Source: Heteronotia binoei (lineage: Eukaryota). From it: a stretch of 64,000 bases of DNA. A program made the position numbers and the translations under genes. The DNA is taken from positions 101,060,001 to 101,124,000 of the forward strand of contig NC_083228.1 of assembly GCF_032191835.1 (NCBI RefSeq), written 5' to 3'. Below, in pieces: positions 54,001-62,000 of this stretch (the stretch's first letter is position 1; every line of letters starts with the position of its first letter). The notes under the pieces were generated by a model. The model saw nothing but the letters and a program-made list of their open reading frames with translations, ran no database searches and was not told where the DNA came from.

Positions 54001-55991
54001 CAGGACCAGGAATGCCTAATGTTCCCGGTTTACCCTGCTGACCTTTTGGGCCATCAAAACCATTGGGGCCAGGTCTACCAGGTGGTCCTCTTGATCCTTT
54101 TGGGCCTGAATATGCAGAGAGAACACAAACTGATCATGACTTAGTTGAATATTTCTAAAATCTTCTGAAAAATACATTCAAAGTTGGTTGGATCCTTTTT
54201 TAAAATATAGAGGGATGGATTGTACCAACTTCTCTGCTTGATCTCACCTGATTATGCTCCTCAATTCAATTCTATCATACACGGGTTTTGTCCTATAATT
54301 CCCAGTTTCAACTTTTTCATGTTCAAAAAGGGCCCTTCCTCAATAATGAAAAAACATTAAATTATCCTTTAATTTTGTTATCACTGGCAATAATCTTGCT
54401 TTGTATTTCTCTTTTAATGCTGAGGGTTATTGCCTTATGCTTTATTTTTATAAATTTTAATTGTAGTGGCCTGTTTTATTCTCTGTAATTTAAAGATAGA
54501 TAACTGATCCTGATGAAGAGGGAAAATAATATATTTTGGTCTTTGAGGCATACCTGCTTTACCTAAAGGACCAGGTGGGCCTGGATTCCCAGGATATCCT
54601 GTTGCATGCCGAAGAATGCTTCCTAAAACAGAAAATTTGTCAACATTTCATTATTATTTATAAAATTCAATACTCCCTAACAAACCAATCAAGAATAAAT
54701 TCAGCTGTCTGATTGAAAATGTCAAGGTTGGGCAATAGGCAGCCACAGAACTAGAAGTAAATAAAATACTTCCTAGGGAAAGACCCACCACCAGGAAGTC
54801 TTTACAGTCCATTACAGGTTGAATACGTACAATCTCTCCAGAATCTAGGAACAATGCAACACTCAAGAAACATTCAGACTTATATCTANNNNNNNNNNNN
54901 NNNNNNNNNNNNNNNNNNNNNNNNNNNNNNNNNNNNNNNNNNNNNNNNNNNNNNNNNNNNNNNNNNNNNNNNNNNNNNNNNNNNNNNNNNNNNNNNNNNN
55001 NNNNNNNNNNNNNNNNNNNNNNNNNNNNNNNNNNNNNNNNNNNNNNNNNNNNNNNNNNNNNNNNNNNNNNNNNNNNNNNNNNNNNNNNNNNNNNNNNNTC
55101 AGACTATAATAATAATGGGAAGGATGAAATGTATTTCATTGCTATCATTGCAGGAAAAAAACCCCCTAAAGCTGCAATCCCAATGATGCTTACTTTGGAA
55201 CAAGTGCCACTGAACAAAGTTACACACGCAGTTGGACAATGGGACTACAAGCTAATATATCAATATTTTATTCACACTATAGCACTGTAATTAATACATT
55301 GATAAAGTTTCAAGAAAATATCCAACAACAATTACTTTTCTCTGAGTTGTGTATTTTAAGATTTACCTTTCTGCCCCTTGGGGCCAGGCAATCCTCTTAT
55401 ACCAGGGCTTCCTGGATCTCCTGGTAGACCACGGATACCTTGTGGACCTGAGATTCCAAGACCTGATGGTCCTGTGGGCCCTGTAGCACCAGGAAGTCCT
55501 GGAGGGCCAGGAAATCCCTTATCACCTGACACAGCAATCCCATCATCACCCTGTCAACAATTTACACAGATATCCACTATAGAATATACATGTATACAAT
55601 CTGAAAAACACTACAGCATTGCATTCAAGTAGGAGCTAGATCCTAATACAATCTAGTCAGCTGAAAATCAGCACACCTATTTAAATCCATACAATGACTT
55701 AAAATTATAAAAATATTTACAACATGGATGTTTTGTCCAGAAGATGCTACTTAACAAATGGGGTTTTGACTGAGTCCAGACTTTTAGTCAAGGAGCTTTA
55801 AATGGATTAAAGGAAAGGAAAGGCTGCAGAATGGGAAACAAAGAGCACCCCATAGGTAGGTGACAGTATTACATTTTATAATATTTTCACACGTTCAAAA
55901 TGTATTATAATTCCACATAAGAACATAAGAGAAGCCATGTAAGATCAGGCCAATGGCCCATCCAGTCCAACATTCTGTGTCACACAGCGGC

Positions 55992-56062
<71 letters not shown>

Positions 56063-59000
56063 TGTGGCTAATAGCCACTGATGGACCTCTGCTCCATATT
56101 TTTATCTAACCTCCTCTTGAAGGTGGCCATGCTTGTGGCCGCCACCACCTCCTGTGGCAGTGAATTCCACATGTTAATCACCCTTTGGGTGAAGAAGTAC
56201 TTCCTTTTATCCGTTTTAACCTTTCTGCTCAGCAATTTCATGGAATGCCCACGAGTTCTTGTATTGTGAGAAAGGGAGAAAAGTATTTCTTTCTCTACTT
56301 TCTCCATCCCATGCATTATCTTGTAAACCTCTATCATGTCACCCCGCAGTCGACGTTTCTCCAAGCTAAAGAGCCCTAAGCGTTTCAACCTTTCTTCATA
56401 GGGAAAGTGTTCCAGCCCTTTAATCATTCTAGTTGCCCTTTTCTGGACTTTCTCCAATGCTATAATATCCTTTTTGAGGTGCGGCGACCAGAACTGCACA
56501 CAGTACTCCAAATGAGACCGCACCATCGATTTATGCATCGATTTTATATGATACTGGCTGATTTGTTTTCAATTCCCTTCCTAATAATTCCCAGCATGGC
56601 GTTGGCCTTTTTTATTGCAAACGAACACTGTCTTGACATTTTCAGTGAGTTATCTACCATGACCCCAAGATCTTTCTCATGGTCAGTCTCTGCCAGTTCA
56701 CACCCCATCAACTTGTATTTGTAGCTGGGATTCTTGGCCCCAATGTGCATTACTTTGCACTTGGCCACATTGAACCGCATCTGCCACGTTGACGCCCACT
56801 CACCCAGCCTCAACAGATCCCTTTGGATTTCCTCACAATCCTCTCTGGTTCTCACCACCCTGAACAATTTTGTGTCATCCGCAAACTTGGCCACTTCACT
56901 GCTCACTCTCAACTCTAAATCATTTATGAACAAGTTAAAGAGCATGGGACCCAGTACCGAGCCCTGCGGCACCCCACTGCTTACCGTCCTCCACTGCGAA
57001 GACTGCCCATTTATACTCACTCTCTGCTTCCTATTACTCAGCCAGTTTTTGATCCACAAGAGGACCTGTCCTTTTACTCCATGACTCTCAAGCTTTCTAA
57101 GGAGCCTTTGATGAGGAACTTTATCAAAAGCTTTCTGGAAGTCAAGGTAAACAACATCTATCGGGTCTCCTTTGTCCACATGTTTGTTCACCCCCTCAAA
57201 GAAATGTAGCAGGTTAGTGAGGCATGATCTTCCCCTACAGAACCCATGCTGAGTCTTCCTCAATAACTCGTGTTCATCAATGTGCCTACTCATTCTGTCC
57301 TTGATAATGGTTTCTACCAACTTCCCCGGTATTGAAGTCAGACTGACTGGCCTGTAATTTCCTGGATCTCCTCTGGAACCCTTTTTAAAGATGGGGGTGA
57401 CATTTGCTACCTTCCAGTCCTCAGGAACGGAGGCAGATTTCAATGAAAGATTACAGATTTTTGTTAGAAGATCCACAAGTTCAACTTTGAGTTCGGTGAC
57501 TTATTAGTTTTTTATTTGTCTATTAGTTGTAGGACCTCCTCTTTTGTCACCTCAATCTGACTCAGGTCTTTCAACACCCCTTCCAACATTAGTGGTTCAG
57601 GGGTGGGCAAAAAGTTCTCATCTTCCACAGTGAAGACGGAGGCAAAAAATGCATTCAGCTTCTCAGCCATTTCCCTATCCTCCTTCAGTAATCCTTTTAC
57701 CCCATGGTCATCCAAGGGCCCCACTGCCTCCCTGGCTGGTTTCCTACTTCTAATATATGTGAAGAAATTTTTATTGTTGGTCTTTATGTTTTTTGCAATA
57801 TGCTCCTCATAGTCCTTCTTTGCCTGCCTGATCACAGTCTTGCATTTGATTTGCCACAGCCTGTGTTCCCTTTCATTAATCTCACTTGGACTGGTTTTCC
57901 ACCATTTAAAGGAGTCTTTCTTACCTTTAACAGCTTCCATTACTTTGTTTGTTAACCATGCAGGCCTTTTCTTATACCTTTTTGTGCCTTTCCTAACTTG
58001 TGGTATGTATTTTATCTGAGCTTCTTGGATTATAGTTTTAAATAGTGTCCAAGCTTCCCCAAGGGTTTTGACCGTATTTACCTTTCCTTTCAGTTTCCTC
58101 CTCACATGCCTCCTCATCTCAGAGAATTTACCCCTTTTAAAGTTAAACGTGGTTGTGGCGGTCTTTTTGGGCAACTCCCATGTGAATATAATGTGTACAG
58201 ATTATAATCTGGATCTGAAGAAGTGTGCATGCACACAAAATCTTATAGTTTGAATAAAACTTTCTTAGTCTTAAAAGTGCCACTGGCTCAAACTTTGTTC
58301 TGCCGCTTCAGACCAACATGGCAACCACTTGAATCTATAATAGGAAAGAACTGAACTCACAATTTCCCCCCTATTTAAAATTAATTTTCCTTCTTTAGAT
58401 GACTTTTCTTTTTGTGTTATCAATTCCCCAAAAGGCTGTAGCGTCACTACAGTGACTTTGACTAAGAAGCAGTCTTTTTGCCTATAATGGAATATGATGC
58501 TACTTTGTGAAGGTGTAAATCCCCCACCTCCCACCTTCTTCCAAATCTCTAACCATTTACTGGTTGTCCCTTCCTAAATGCAAGAATATAGATCCCATCA
58601 AAACCCTCCCTTTTCATTCTCTTTCAAAGGTTTGGGAAGGGGTAAGAGATGAAAGAAAGATATAAATTGCAGTAATACAGGAATTCCTGGTGTATTCATT
58701 TGCATATGGACCCATCCATGAAACATGAATTTGGTCTCTCAAATGTGCTGGAACTCTGCCCTTATGTTTCCTTTGTTTGGAAACTTTGCCTGGAAATTTA
58801 AATTTTTAAAGCATCTTTTAAGTCCTTTCTCCCCTTTTAAATAAAGTCTTTCTTCCCACTGCAAACTAGATTTCTGATATCCTGGAAAATTTAACACACA
58901 CCCTTCTAAATTCTTCTATATACCAATGACAGATCTAAATCCCAATGCTTTTATTGAGTTGTGCACAGCAGCAATCTTTTCTCCTTGCACAATGCCCCAC

Positions 59001-62000
59001 TGTACACATGGGGGGGGGGGGGAAATCTAGCATGGCTATTCTTCAATCCAGGTACATATATTACATAAACATAATTACTTCTCTGTGGTTATAATCAGCA
59101 ATGTGCACACACCAGGCCAACATGTACACTGTTGTTTATCAGCATGCTTTATCTCCTGCAACATCTCCAGTTGAATGCTCAAGCACCCTCTTTCTCCCTC
59201 CCACATATAACCAGATTGTATCATTTGATAGGAAGAGTTGATGAAAGAAAAATGATGTTACTACCTTATTGGATAATGATAAGGATAACTATAATGATAT
59301 GGATAATGATAACTATTCTAGAATATTATTCAAATGATAAATTGAACCAAATCCTAAAATTGATAATTTAGTTCTCTCTTTCCAGAAGCACTGGGAAATT
59401 GATTTGAATGAAGGATAAAACAAGACTATCAATTGTACCTGAGGTCCTTTTTCACCAGGAACTCCTGGATCTCCATCCTTACCAGGAACACCATTCTGTC
59501 CTGGAAGCCCAGGGTCCCCCTGAGAGCCTCTTTGTCCCTTTATCCCTTTAAGCAATTGAGAGATTACAATTAGTAACAACAAAATCAATATATCTAATTC
59601 TTAACATGGCCTCTCTGTGGATACTTATAACCAGAGACTGGGACCATGAATAGACATGACAGATTTTTCTACTAACCTGAGAAAAGCCTCAAGTTTGCAG
59701 GAAAATAAGAAATCTTTAAAAGGGGAGGTGTGACAGACTCAGGAACTTAGCCTGAGTGGCTGAGGAACAGGCTTGCAGCTATTGGCTGAAATGTTGCCCT
59801 AGCAACAAAAAAGTAACAAAATGATGCTTGCTTAGCAGTGGAACACCTCTGGACTTGAGTCTTAGCTGGGGCGTCTTCAAGAGAAGTCTTCAGAGAGAAG
59901 AAGTCTGAAATGAAAACTGTGGGCTTAGGCCGATCAATTGTGAAAGCAACTGGACAAGTGGCTGAGAACAGCCAGTTAGGCTGAGCTCCTTGTGGGGGAC
60001 AGGGCTGTGTGTAGTCTCTGTTTGAAAGAGAGAGTTTGAAAGCAGAAGGGGGCAAACACCAGGCACCTTCTGTAGACGAAACTCTACACAACCAGGCAAT
60101 CTCTGTGTACAAACTCACAAAGACACACTAAGGGGAGAACTGGATTCTGGTGGTCAGCAGGATTACCCAAGACTCAGACCAGAGGACTAGCTGTAGGGCT
60201 GAGATGCACCCAGTGTGAGGTGTGAGTCCTGGAAGGAAGCTAGTGAGAGAGGGTCTGTGAGGGAGAATTAGCTGACACCAGTCAGGAGCTCTCTCTATAT
60301 GTGTGTGTGTTGAGTGACAGTGAGTGTGTTGTTTTAAGTAGCCAAAGCCTAGGCTAAACAACTGAGCTGAAGAGCATTCTGAGTGCCCAGAAGGCCCACC
60401 CTGCCTGTAGTAGAATTTAGTAGGATTCTGAAGCCTGACCATTAGTGATTTAAAATCTTCTGCCAGCCATCTGCTGCCAACTGATTTGCTTTATTAATAT
60501 TGAACTGTTATAATCAATATTATTTTAGCCCTCTCCCTTGCATTTTTGTTATCTAATAAATATTTTTGTGGTTGAGAATGTTAAAACCGTTTAGTGCCTA
60601 TTATTTTGAGGTCTGACACGAATTCTGTGTATGTGTCTGAGGGACTGAGGGAAGGTGACTGGGGAAAAATTCATAGTGGTCACCCTTCCAAGAAGACTCT
60701 GACTGGGTCCCTCACAGGAGGCTAACCCCCCATAATGATAAAAAGGACCACTGTAGCTTTAAGAAACAGATGTCCTCAGTGGTGGTTGCTAGGCAACCAC
60801 AACAGTATTGGCAGCCATCAAGTCTTGGTTTATGTCAGAAAAAGACAAGGATTTTGATCATTGGAGGATTTATTGGGGCCAGGCCTGGCAACAACTTCTG
60901 AATGGCTTGCTGTGACACAACTTAACTCACCTAGGTGCACCTTGCTTCCTACTGTTCAACAGTAACCACCCCATGACAGCCAATGTGGTTTAGTGTGGGA
61001 GAGTCAGGTTCAAATCTCCACTGTTCTATGGAAGCTCACTGGGTGACTTTGGCCCAGTCAAACACTCTCAGCCACAAATCCACTACACCAGCCAACCCTC
61101 ACAAGATTGCTGTGAGGATAAAAAAGCAGGACAGGAGAATGATGTGAGCTGCTTTGGATTCCCATTGCAGAGAAAAGTGGGATAGAAATGAGGTGAATAA
61201 TAAATATTGCTAAAGGGGGCAGATAAAGGATAAAGGATGATTGGTAGATGGGAAAGAAAAAAGAAAACAAGGAAAGGTGAGAATACAGGGGTTGCCAGAA
61301 GGAGAGAAAGAGGAAATATTGTGGGAAAGGGTTGCATGGGAAAGTGAGGTACTTCACCTGTGTATCCTTGAAGGTTCCCCACCTTACAACTGAGCTCAAT
61401 TCAGCTCGCACTGTATATCTTGGACAGAGTTTTCCTATTAAGAGGCTGCCAAGGGAGGGAAATCTGAGGACAGGGGGGAGAAAGCTGAAGACAAGAGGGC
61501 AGATAAACCTTGGTTGGATGATGGGTTGGAAGGACTGAAAGAAGCAAGAAAAGGGGAAAGACTATGGGGGCTACCAGGGAAGGGAAAGAGGAAACAGTGA
61601 GGACAAGAAAATGAGATGTCCCCTGCAAGTCATTGTAGATCCCCCACAAGGTATATTTTCTGTTCACAGGTTTTAATGCTGTTACAAAGGACACAAAAGT
61701 CCTGAAAACTGGTGAGCTGATAAAACTACTGCATTTATAAAAGCTGTGCTACATATACCTTGTGTTTGGATAATACCCCCTCACACACACACACCATCAC
61801 TAGCAGCACTGTCTGTGTCATGTATACCTCTCTCATGTTGTTTCTCTATCCATCACACTCACACACCCATCTCTGTTACTGTCTGTCTCCGTCTTCTATG
61901 TGCATGGGTAAGCAATTCTAAGGAGGTCTACACAGAAACAAGTTGCATTTTATTCAATGGGGCTCACTCACAAGAAAGGATTACATCACTGCTTTTTCAG

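Noticed and set aside
54889-55098. Exon hidden in the N gaps (also 34122-34258)
   Set aside because: Flanking exons join in frame with the expected pattern; the first gap is inside a transposon.
18740-57955. Recurrent plus-strand ORFs such as MDLCSIFLS... and [10 protein letters not shown]...
   Set aside because: Antisense shadows of CR1 ORF2, repeated only because the LINE is repeated.
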